Shown here piece after piece: positions 40,401-50,672 of a stretch of DNA of 64,000 bases. The notes below the pieces were generated by a model, which searched no databases, had not been told where the DNA came from, and worked only from the letters and a program-made list of their open reading frames with translations. Within the stretch, counting starts at the first letter, position 1. Each line of letters starts with the position of its first letter. Where the stretch lies: positions 65,720,001 through 65,784,000 of the forward strand of contig OZ287754.1 of NCBI GenBank assembly GCA_965649765.1, read 5' to 3'. Source of the DNA: Bispira polyomma (lineage: Eukaryota). Position numbers and translations under genes: made by a program.

Positions 40401-43400
40401 TTCCAGAGTTTTAACCCAGCTGGAATGAAGGAACTTTGATGCATATTTATTCTACATTTTGGAAACTGAAAATCATGTCGGTTTCGAAGTTGATATGTGA
40501 TGGTACTTCCAATTGTAGGAGGAATTAAGATTTTTAGATAACTCGGAGCTAAATCATGTGTAATTTTATACATCATTATCAACACATGCTGTTCACGCCT
40601 ACTGCATAAATTTTGCCAGCCTAGTTCCTCAAAGAGTGAGCGAATGTTTGATCTAAAAGGAGCACCAGACACAAGCCTCATAGCATTAACCTGAATACTA
40701 TCTAGTTTGCGTAAATCAGAGTGGCTAGCCCCAGCCCAAACAACATCACCATATTCCAAAATGGGTCTAATAAAAGCAAAATACATTTTTTCCAGTGTAA
40801 TTCTGCTAACTTGATATTTTAACTGCTTTAGCATGTTCAATCGCTTTCCAGCTTTAGTACTGATTTCATCTATATGCATATGCCAGCCCAAGTTATCTTC
40901 AAGCCAAAGCCCTACATGTTTATGTTTAGCCACATTAACAATTGGTGTGTTGTGTAAGTACAACCTTGGATTTTCACTTTTGTGATGTTTGAGGCCAACA
41001 ATCATTGATTCGGTTTTTGAAGGATTGAAAGTAACAAGCCAATTCTGAGACCATTTTTCAATATTTTTTAGGTCCTCATTTAATTTAATTGCTGAATCTA
41101 TTCGATTGTCAACTTCAATAAAAAGGCAAGTATCATCTGCAAAAAGTCTTAAGCTACAATTTTTTACAACTTCTGTAATATCATTAATAAAAACCAAAAA
41201 CAAAAGAGGCCCCAGTACTGACCCCTGTGGTACCCCAGCAAATATTTTGCTCCAGTCTGAAAATTGACCATTGATAACAACTCGTTGAACCCTATCTTTT
41301 AGGTAATCTTCAAACCACTGGAGTAATGTACCACTGATACCCCATTTCTTCAGTTTGAATAACAATCCCCGATGCCAAACGCGATCGAAGACTTTAGAAA
41401 TATCAAGGAACACAACTCGTATTTCTTTGTTTTGAGATACCCCTGAGCAAAATGTATTATATATTTCAATTAATTGGGTGATTGTTGAGGAACCTGGCAA
41501 AAACCCTGATTGCCAAACTGATAGGAAGAAATTGTCTTTAAAATGATTATATAAGTATTTAAAAATTATTCTCTCTAACATCTTTCCCAAAATACTGAGA
41601 AGAGATACAGGTCGATAGTGTCCTAACACATTCTTGCTGTCTTTTTTGTGTAACGGTACTACATTAGCTTGTTTCCACAGCTTAGGAACCTTCCCTGTAG
41701 ACAATGAAAGGTTGAATAATTTTGTTAACGGCTTTACCAATGAGCGATTTGCTAGTTTTATAAATTTAGGTGAAAGACCATCGGGGCCATATGATTTGTT
41801 ACAGTTAAGTATTGATATCTGGTCAAGTACTTCTTTTTCTGACACTATAATGTTGTGTAAAACACCACCCAATGGGGTGTCATCAACTGATAATTGAGCC
41901 TGCTCTTCTCTTAATATACTAGCTTCGGCAAAAAAAGAATTAAAAGCATTTGCTTTTTCTTTATCATCAGTTATCAGAGTACCATCCTGAGATAACATAG
42001 GGGGAATAGATTTATCAGTAGGCTTTTTCACAAAAGATTTTGCTAGTTTAAAGAATGAGCCATTATTGAAATTTTCTGCATTAAGTTTCATATAGACCTT
42101 ATTTAGATGGTCATTCTTACAGCGACTGACTTCACGATAATAAAAATTTCTTTCATGCCTATAGTTATCCCATGAAGAAACGGTATTTGCGCGTTTTGCC
42201 TTAGAATATAGGCGGTTAACTTTACGTCGTAATCTACGTAGATAGCCATTGTAAAAAGGTTTATCAAAAGAACGGACTGTCACTTCCTTATGTGGAATAC
42301 ATTCTCGAGCTGATAGTAACAATTTTTCTGTAAATAACTTACATGTTTCATCTATGTTATCTTCATTTAATAAACTGTTCCACTGAAAGTTGTCAAAAGA
42401 GTTTTTATACTGTTCTATATTGACTTTGCTGAAATCCCACATAGTCTTTTTATAGCATTTTGTTTTCTTTACACGAAAGAGAAGTTTTACAAAAATAGTA
42501 CAATGATCGTTATTTGCTAAAGGTGGTTCAACTCCGGAAGTTTTGATGAATGCAGCAAAATTGGTTAAGCATTGATCAAGAACACTGCTTGTAGTATTAG
42601 TGATACGTGTTGGTTGATGTATAAGAATGCGAAGATTATTTATTGTAGAAAAGCTGGTCAAGTGCTGGCCCTGTAAGGAGTTGAAATCAGCATTTAGGTC
42701 CCCAATTAATAGTAAATTCTTACAGTCGGTACTTATGATGTTGTCAAGGCTATTTTGTAGATGAAACCAGAAGTCACTACAGAATGGAGGTCGGTAAGCA
42801 ACGCATAGCAAAAACTTATTTGTATTAACTCTGACATCTAACCACATTGTTTCGATTTCAGGTAATTCCAAATCTATCCTTCTTTTAGCTGCAATGTTAT
42901 TTGCAACCCAACACAGCACCCCACCCCCTAGGTTACTCCTATTTAGAACAAATGGCATTTGAAATCCATCAACAGCAAAGTCCTCTAGATTATCCTGGTC
43001 ATTTAGCCATGTTTCACTTAAGGTAATTATATTGTATCTCAGTGAAATTTCATGCCTTATGATTTCCATTTTGTAAAATATATTATTAATTTTTGGCTTT
43101 AAGCTTCTAATGTTGATGTGACATATAGAAACATCGCAAAATTCAGTATTATTCACAGGCCCAGGGTTGGTTTCAATATCACCAGCCAGTGCCAGTAATT
43201 GTAAAATTAATAGTGGAAGGCATACCGGTATAATATTCAGTGTTGCTATATACAATCTATTTCTGGCTAAATCGAGGAGAGAATGCAAAGAGAAGTAGAA
43301 CTCACTGTAATGGGAATAGTAAAAAAAGTAATAACCAACGTCATTTGAACAAAACTTTCCTACCAATTCTCTTATTATGGAGATATGCATATTAGTAAGC

Positions 43401-46400
43401 CCATTATTTTAGATGTTTCTCTTTGTCATAGTTTTAAAGCCACAGGTCACCACACCTTTAGAATAACAGCATGAAAAAATGAATGATAACATAATAAAGC
43501 TCAATAAACTGACAATAAAATAAAAAAAAAAAAAAAAGATAAGAGAAAAAAAAAACAAAAAAAAACTAATAGAATATCTGTATAGGTATATACAAAGATA
43601 GATTGTTAATATTCAAGGAACAGAAAAGTTTGGGGTTACAAATTAATCAACTCTCACAGAATTGTTGTGGAACTAACACATTTTGATATAGCCAAAAACA
43701 TGAAAGCCTTTACTATTTATGTTTATACAAGAAAATGGGGTTCCAATGAAGAATTTATCAGGACAGTATATTACTGGTAAACAGTCAAGTGCAAATGTGG
43801 CATTCAGTACACATTATATACCAAATACAGAATCATCTGTGGAGTGCTATTTAAAGAAACAAAAGATATTCTATAACTTTCCTAGAAGTTTCCCTCATTA
43901 AGTATATATTTATGACTTTACACAGGCAAAAGATTCTCCATAAAATTGTAGAAATTTACATCATTAAGTAAATATTTATAGTCATATTTTTAAGTACATC
44001 GTTTAACAGAACAGTCACTGATACGTATATGTACCTATTTTGACATACTTGAGTTTTTAATAATTTACAATAAATTTAGTGTTACATACTATATAGCAAC
44101 TGGCAGTGTCATTTAACATATATTGAATACACAATAAAATATTAGCATATGGTGTAGATTACAACTGGTCTTTCAAAACTTTACAGATGCTGTCTTTATA
44201 CACATATATATGAATATTTTATCCAATGCACATATGATGATTGAAAACTATTTTTTATTTTAAAAATGCACTTTAATGGCTAGAAGTGATAGATAACTGT
44301 GTTGTTGATTGAAAATTGTAGCAATCAGTTAGTTTGTCAAAACAGTAATTAAACTGAACTTCGCCCTTCTTCTAAAAGTTTACCTAAAGTGTTTTTTCCA
44401 GTCCAATTCTTTTCATCCCAAATTTTGCTGTCATGGATGGTCAGACCAACTCCCCAGTACTTGTCATGTGGGTTAGCCTCTACAATTCTTGTGTCCCCAG
44501 TATCCTTTAGGAATATGGCTAGATCCTTGTGTTGCTGAAATTTTGCTTGTAGTGCAGTCTTCAGAAAGTCGTTGCATAGCTCAGTCCAGGAGCTCGAGTC
44601 AAAGTTGTTAACCTTACGTCCTAGTGATTTAGCTTGCTTTGGATCCGCTGTTTTTAGAATTCTTTCAGCTGTCACCTTGTCGTTGAAATATGCTGCCTTT
44701 CTATGCATTAAAAATTGTTCAGTAGATGAAAAGTCCTGGCCGTCAACTGTGATATCACAAGGGTAATGATTAGATAGAGGTGACCTGTACGTGAAGAAGG
44801 CAGTGATTCCATTTCTAGTGACAGTAGAGATGTGCGCAGGTTGAAGTTCATCAGGCAGGTTCACAATGTCATCAGTGGTGTATACCTTGCCATTTAAGTG
44901 AAGCTTGTCCATCACTAGCCTTGCTTTATATTTCCCCTGAGAATTGTATGCCACTTTCAGTATGGGTGAAAATACTTTCCTGCATTCCAGGACTTCAATG
45001 GGGAAATCTTCAACGACCAAAATTCCTATTTCTCTAAAGTCATTTTTTGCTTTTAAAACTTTTAACTTGTCCTTAAAGTGGTTAAACTTTACGATAATAG
45101 GCTGGCTGTTATCCCTTTTGGGACCAGTTCGGTGAGCTCGCACTATGGCTCTACTATCTAGAATAATGTTCATGTCTTTACATATAGCTAAAACTAAAGC
45201 TTCGCAATCTTCTGCAGCACCATTGTTTGCAGTTTTAATATTCAAAAACTTTAAATTGTCTGGTCTCATGTGGCTTTCAAGGGATATAATCCGGTCAGTG
45301 AGCTTGCTAACTTAAGTCTCAGTTTGCAATTGTTTTTTTTTCAAGATTGAGTTCTCTATTACAACATCACTAATCTTTGCATCAAGAGATTCAGTTACAG
45401 TGGATAACTCCTGCTTTATACTATTAACCGACTCCTGTAGGTTTTCAATTGCAGAACCCAGATTCTTTTCCACTGATGCAACAGCCTCGCAAATAGGCTT
45501 AAGTTCATCATGAAGAACATTTAAAACAACCTTTTTAATATCTGAGGCAGACAATTGTGGTAAAGGTGGAGAGACCAGGGTGTGGTCTCTTTTAGGAGTT
45601 TTAGTAGATCTGTTTGTTACACACACTATGGGAGGTGGGAAGGAAAACCCATTTAAAGGTTCCCTGACACCATTTTAATTGAGATACAGCTATTTAAATA
45701 AGTCACAACATTCTATAATAGCTGATTCAGTTTGGCTTTATAGTCAAACTTCTTTAAGTAAAACTCTGAAAAGTGGAATTACCTTTTAAGTAGAATTTCT
45801 GTTAAGTGGAACTAAGTTTTATAGTTCCTTTATAGTCGAACTAGGTTCCAATGTATCTATACATCACTATAAATGTTTAGAACTACATGTAATGTACATT
45901 AAATTATGTAACTAAGATTGTTAATGCTTCAGAAATATTATATAAAAGAATAAGATAAATCTCCTGAACATTTATGGTGACTGGTAAATAAAGATAATTT
46001 TACATATTGAATGAGATTCAATGCCTTTGTCAACAAATTAATAAAAGGTAAGTGTACAAAGTTCTGTAGAATGTTTATTGAATCTTTCTGAAATTATTCA
46101 AGCATACATGAACAATGCAAAAAGACAACATTTACATTTGACACACATGGTTTTATATATTTATAAATAACAATTGGCTAATCACAATTAAACTTACTAT
46201 CTTACTAATGTCAAAATTGAATCGTTATCATCTTAAAAAGTATAGTTTATATATGAGACATATTGTCATAGGTGTGGTAAGTTTTGGCCTGGTACATTTG
46301 ACCCTGAACATTTTGTCCTGGTACGTTGTGTCCTGGTACCTTTTGTCCTACATCCCTTGAAGTATTATCCTGTGTCGGGTGAAAGAGTTGTATGCAAAAA

Positions 46401-47015
46401 TTAATTTGATACGACTGAAAACTGACTCTCATTTGCTTTTAAATAAGAAAGAAATAAGATCACATTAATATAGGATAGTCACCTAAACCAATATGTCTCC
46501 AAAATTATAATCATAACATACTGCATTTACATAGTTTTACGCTATATTGAAATGATAATATCATTTTCAGGTGTCTCTGTGGAAAATGCCAAGTGATGCC
46601 TACTGTATTAGAAAATGTGTGCTGCCATTCCTACCCCCAATTTAAGTCCAGACTGATGAGTAGGGAGGGGAAGCAGCACCAGTGTATCACAGATACCACA
46701 GGATTCCAAAGTGTTTGTTTGGATATGGACGTGGCTGAGATGAACTACTACGACTTCAGGGAAACATATGGCCAGCATGGGGATGATGAGAAAATGTGTG
46801 AACTGTATCGTCATTTGGCATACAGGAGACTTACAAGATGGACATTTAGAAAGCTAGGCAGGTACAACAGGAAAGTGTTACCATCTTGTACAGTAACTGC
46901 AATACGACAGGCATATCCAAATGAGGAAGACAGTCCGTATACTGGCTTTAAATATCCATTTATATTATTTTCAGGCTCAGGCTATTTGGTTCAGTTTTCC
47001 TATATTTATAATTAG
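37475..47015 (+). CDS. KolX / P2X7 ballast-domain-like (nanor-like) Cys-rich protein; exons 37475-37656 and 46571-47015
   Basis: Exon 1 (PVPYIYEP...DPAAW) ends TG|GTTTGT; exon 2 starts after TTTTCAG and gives W-CLCGKCQVMPTVLENVCC, CITDTTGFQSVCL, YRHLAYRRLTRW, LGRYNRKVLPSCTVTAIRQAYP, YTGF. Confidence 0.85.
39953..43390 (-). CDS. ORF2: 2A-like peptide, APE endonuclease, reverse transcriptase and C-terminal Cys/His motif (1145 aa, open)
   Basis: GDIETNPGP; HINIRSL, LSETWL, YRPP, GDLNAD, PTR...LD, DHC (APE); GPDG, YRPVSLL, QSGF, DISKVFD, GVPQGSVLGP, FADD, HKHVG (RT); CDCG..E...HFLLDC. Confidence 0.97.
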   Translation of the reverse strand: MHISIIRELVGKFCSNDVGYYFFYYSHYSEFYFSLHSLLDLARNRLYIATLNIIPVCLPLLILQLLALAGDIETNPGPVNNTEFCDVSICHINIRSLKPKINNIFYKMEIIRHEISLRYNIITLSETWLNDQDNLEDFAVDGFQMPFVLNRSNLGGGVLCWVANNIAAKRRIDLELPEIETMWLDVRVNTNKFLLCVAYRPPFCSDFWFHLQNSLDNIISTDCKNLLLIGDLNADFNSLQGQHLTSFSTINNLRILIHQPTRITNTTSSVLDQCLTNFAAFIKTSGVEPPLANNDHCTIFVKLLFRVKKTKCYKKTMWDFSKVNIEQYKNSFDNFQWNSLLNEDNIDETCKLFTEKLLLSARECIPHKEVTVRSFDKPFYNGYLRRLRRKVNRLYSKAKRANTVSSWDNYRHERNFYYREVSRCKNDHLNKVYMKLNAENFNNGSFFKLAKSFVKKPTDKSIPPMLSQDGTLITDDKEKANAFNSFFAEASILREEQAQLSVDDTPLGGVLHNIIVSEKEVLDQISILNCNKSYGPDGLSPKFIKLANRSLVKPLTKLFNLSLSTGKVPKLWKQANVVPLHKKDSKNVLGHYRPVSLLSILGKMLERIIFKYLYNHFKDNFFLSVWQSGFLPGSSTITQLIEIYNTFCSGVSQNKEIRVVFLDISKVFDRVWHRGLLFKLKKWGISGTLLQWFEDYLKDRVQRVVINGQFSDWSKIFAGVPQGSVLGPLLFLVFINDITEVVKNCSLRLFADDTCLFIEVDNRIDSAIKLNEDLKNIEKWSQNWLVTFNPSKTESMIVGLKHHKSENPRLYLHNTPIVNVAKHKHVGLWLEDNLGWHMHIDEISTKAGKRLNMLKQLKYQVSRITLEKMYFAFIRPILEYGDVVWAGASHSDLRKLDSIQVNAMRLVSGAPFRSNIRSLFEELGWQNLCSRREQHVLIMMYKITHDLAPSYLKILIPPTIGSTITYQLRNRHDFQFPKCRINMHQSSFIPAGLKLWNELDNSLKYATTLSTFKYILRKRQFKCNEKLVKFHKKLFVEGERYWNAIHARMRMNCSPLKEHLTKYLHVLSNCTCDCGLSDENNTHFLLDCINYAIPRQLMLAKLYDIPAVTSETLLFGSLDLTFEQNQKIFRTVQEFLRETNWFHSF
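43157..43183 (-). other. 2A-like (StopGo) ribosome-skipping motif GDIETNPG|P
   Basis: Exact match to D(V/I)ExNPGP, preceded by the hydrophobic stretch LLILQLLALA, just upstream of the APE domain. Confidence 0.85.
44349..45673 (-). pseudogene. LINE ORF1: coiled coil, RRM/CTD-type core and C-terminal NADAR (YbiA-like) domain; one in-frame stop at 45312-45314
   Basis: ORFs 45312-45626 and 44349-45269 are in frame (QTET*VSKLTDRIISLESHMRPDNLKFLNI). ORF1 motifs RAHRTG, PIIVKF, VEDFP, RLVMDKLHLNG. NADAR at ~44352-44810: FF...PLSNHY, STEQFLMHRKA, AKSLGRKV, AKFQQH..L, TGDTRIVEANPHDKYWGVG, GKNTLGKLL...R. Confidence 0.9.
45742..45850. mobile_element. fragment of the CAGTCAAAC MITE family
   Basis: Matches the left arm of 49697-49868; the right arm of the family is also seen at ~6970-7008. 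Confidence 0.55.
46275..46356. repeat. ~15-bp tandem repeats, probably the terminus of a Mutator-like element
   Basis: Units cctggtac(a/g/c)tt(t/g)tgt ending gtcctacatcc. Confidence 0.45.
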
Positions 47016-48718
47016 TTGAATAGTGTTTTAACAATTGAGTAATAAGTCTCTTCACGGGCAGTTTATTGGTAGAGGAAAACAGTACAAGGTAGTTGGTCAA
47101 GGTTTTCTGTGCTACAATTGTCCTCCTTTAGGAACCCTATTGAGGTGAAAGTGTTACCACTACACATATCAATCAATAATCAATCAATTATTAATCAACT
47201 GATTAATCCTAAAATTTAAAAAAATCAGTACATGACAATTTTTTCTCTGGTCATATATTTAATTTCACAAACAGTTCAATATATGATCAGGATAAAGTCT
47301 TCTTAAAGCTAGTTGTGCACCTTTCTACTAGAATGTGTTTTGGTGTGGATCTGTCGGGATGATCATACCGAGTGCACACTGCAGGAGGAGCACAGTCACT
47401 GTTTGCTACTCTAGCTTGCCGATAACTTGGGTAGGCCTGCCGTAATGCCACTACTTCTTCCAGTAGATTTTCAGCATATTCTGTATCATATAAAAACATA
47501 AGACTAATCATGAAATCACCACACTTACATAATTTTTGCAGAATGCTATGCATAGATAGGCACATCATTCTACTGTTATATTATCAGAGTAGATGTTGTA
47601 GATGTATTTGGTGTCGATAGGACAAAGGGATCCCATATACATGTACAAGAAACTCAGCTATCAGATATCTTATTTATGATCTCTCATTGCCAATTTTAGA
47701 TCCGGAACACTTAACCTAGTAGTACAGACAGGCAGACACAAGATAAAAGAGTAATCAAGAAGAACGACACTTTCTTATTGATTGCCCAATGTAGAATCAC
47801 ATATTACATAATAAAAATATCAGTGTTGATTTCTTTCATTTAATTTCAAAAGAAAAACTAATTAAGTTAATTCTTCAAGTGACCTAAATTTGAAAAAAAT
47901 GTGTTAATTTTATGTACAATATGGGAATTAAGAAAATTTTAATTAGTTAGAGAAAGTATTTTGCCTGATAATGTGGTGTTCCTATTGTTATTTTTGTTCA
48001 TGCGTTAGTTTGCTAATGTAATAATTAACACTTGTAATAATACACTTATAAATTTGTACTTGATTGTGAAGCTGATTTATAAGCCTTGAATGAGTGCTAT
48101 TATGCTTACCTTTTTTAATTTGTAAAATATGTTTGCATAGTATATTGTCAGTTTAATAAAAAAAAATTATCTAGCTATCTTTGCAAAAACCACTGCAAGA
48201 AGTAAATTATCACAGGACACAATACTTACGATAGGTACATGGTTTTTTCACTTCTTTCACAACAGCCCCACCTTTCTTGGCTTTAGGATACAAAACAGCA
48301 AATAGTGCATTTCCCTCCTTGGACACCTGCTGTGGCCTGTTTGCATTTTCGTTTTGGTGTAGTACTGCTAACAGAATTCTGGGAAACCAATAAATTAAAA
48401 AAATTACATTATATAAGAACTGGTCATTGTGGAAATAAGGCCAGCTACGTCATAGCCAATACAAGACTCTGCATAGACACTACAACATCGTTGTGTTAAC
48501 TAACAAACAATTTCCACCGATTATAAATGGCCACCACAGATTTGCCTACCTATTTCATTTCTCACGTAACAGCTTTACCATTTCATCAACCATTCTTTAC
48601 AAAAGTGGAAATTATGCCTAAATGTGGCTGAACATAGATTTGTAAAGTTTTTTGCTCTATCACCTGAACTCTGCTGCACAATATAAGACCGTAAACATAA
48701 ACATGACATTAAACTTGT

Positions 48719-48950
48719 ATATTCTAATGTGGCAGTCACACTGTCCAAGTTCTCACCACGTTTATACCCGTTTACTACCCATCATTAGAACTTGGCTGGT
48801 CGGGAGAAAATGGGGGAAAAATGTTCATTTGCATATATTTGCATCCCCGTTCAAGCCCCGATTAACCCTATTTATGCCCTGTTTAGCCAGTGAGTAAACA
48901 GCCCTATAGAACGTGGACAGAACGTGACTGCCACATAAGAATGAAGGCCC
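48719..48950. mobile_element. MITE in a transposase intron
   Basis: attct(a/t)atgtggcagtcac / gtgactgccacataagaat inverted arms. Confidence 0.65.
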
Positions 48951-49696
48951 AGTAATAATATTTTTATAGAATCTAGAATTTTATATTGAACATACAACGA
49001 CAACAATGAATGGATGAATGAACACTGTAAACAAAGAAATATACACACATAGTTAATAATGTCCTCTCCATGAAAACAATACTAATTTTATAATTTCAGA
49101 CAAACATAAATGAGAAAGATTATTTCTGTATTATCACAAATTATAGTTGTGCATACTCTTTAAAATCCCTTGAAAGGTATTATCTTTACCTATATGTTTC
49201 TACTGCTAAACTACGTCGATTGTCAATGGTACATACCTTGCCTCCATTGCTGCAAAACTGTAATGTGTTGATTTAGGGGCAAAATATATGACAACTTTAT
49301 GATATGCCTCTAAAGATGAAGTTTGTTCTGATGGTGACAGTTTTCGCACAGCAGTCAAAAGTCTTGTACTGCACACAATGGCACCCAGTTCCTTATATGC
49401 TTTTGAGCCTTGAAATAAAATAAGTAAAATTTATCAAGGAAAGTTACATCTGTCCGCAAAAATATTTATGGATTTTACAAACATTCTCCCAAAAAATAAA
49501 GTTACTTTCAAAATTACCTTGCAGTATCACTTTCACATGTTTTAAAGACAGAATATCAATAACTTTAGTCTTGAAGATACCTAACATCAAGCACTTTACA
49601 GAAATCTAGTCCATTTTGGAAAGTGGTGATTTAGATTTGAAGCTATACTTATTAGAAGGGTCTATTTAAACTAACATAAATATATAAATACATATA

Positions 49697-49868
49697 CAGT
49701 CAAACCCCTTTAAGTAGAACTCTGATAAGTGGAATTCCCTGTTAAGTATAAGTTATTTTAAGATCCTATTGCTATATTTCTAATTAAAACTTATCCTATT
49801 AAGTATAATTTCTTTTAATTAGAGTTTTTTTATTGTCTCTTCACATTCCACTTAACAGGGTTTCGCTG
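49697..49868. mobile_element. Tc1/mariner-type MITE
   Basis: TA|CAGTCAAACCC...GGGTTTCGCTG|TA. Confidence 0.7.
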
Positions 49869-50479
49869 TATAATAGTGAATGTGACTATTGTTTTATAAA
49901 GTCCTCACATGTCTTAACAGCTATGTGATCGTGTATTGAATGACTTGAAGGTAATTAAACCTTGATTTAAAGATTTTGTGGTAAACAAAAAGAACTGAAA
50001 ATGTGAAGAAAAATAAGTAAAGTGATATACATAAAACATTCAATGGTGATATTCTATTTATACATGCATGTCTGGGTATTTATTATAAGTAAGTAAAATA
50101 GTACCTTTATCAAGCCATGCTTTTTGCTCTGTAATTTCCCCATGCATACACTTTGGGAATACGGGATCATGATCAGCATGCACATTGGCAATGTGATTCA
50201 TCATACTCTTCCATTTGGCCACACATAGCTCTCCATCCCCTCCACTAGTTGCTGCACACCAGTAAAGGTGGTTGGCAATTGAGTGGGCCCACTCCTTTAG
50301 GATTGCACAGGACTTGTGTCTCTTACTGATGGCCACTATTTTTTGTTCCACACCTGCATAAACATATAGTATAAAATTTACCCCTTGGTTTTATTCAAAT
50401 TACAGCTGTCTCCAGTAACTGAGTAATAAGCGGTGATGACAGTGCAACTGATAACAATGTGTGAAACATTGATTTGATG

Positions 50480-50672
50480 CGAGTTTGGATTTAATGTTGC
50501 TTTCAACACATTGTATAGCTCATATCATAATGGGCAGTTTCACTTGTGGGTGAAAGCTGTGCATGCTACTTGGTCAAGATTCTGCACTTTAAACCACCGA
50601 TCATCAGCAAGTAATTGTCAACTTTCGCACTGATTCGAACCCAGGACCTCAGAGATGGGTTACCACTGTGCA
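50480..50672 (-). mobile_element. degenerate tRNA-derived SINE related to family A
   Basis: Reverse complement contains gggttcgaatc and gtgcagaatcttgaccaa; similar remnants at ~47055-47165 and ~51860-51995. Confidence 0.6.

Larger units (their letters stand above)
39774..45673 (-). mobile_element. near full-length CR1-group non-LTR retrotransposon inserted in the KolX intron
   Basis: ORF1, ~960-bp spacer, ORF2, then a short 3'UTR ending AATAAAATATTGTTTATG plus poly(A) (39774-39794). The 5' end is approximate; no TSD seen. Confidence 0.9.

Noticed and set aside
44349-44810. Bacterial contamination or a stand-alone ybiA gene
   Set aside because: The domain is fused in frame to LINE ORF1 motifs, sits upstream of a LINE ORF2 and is embedded in eukaryotic repeats and an intron.
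46593-47015. Host P2X7 purinoceptor gene
   Set aside because: Only the ballast-like domain is present, with no channel exons, and it lies inside TTAA-flanked Kolobok termini.
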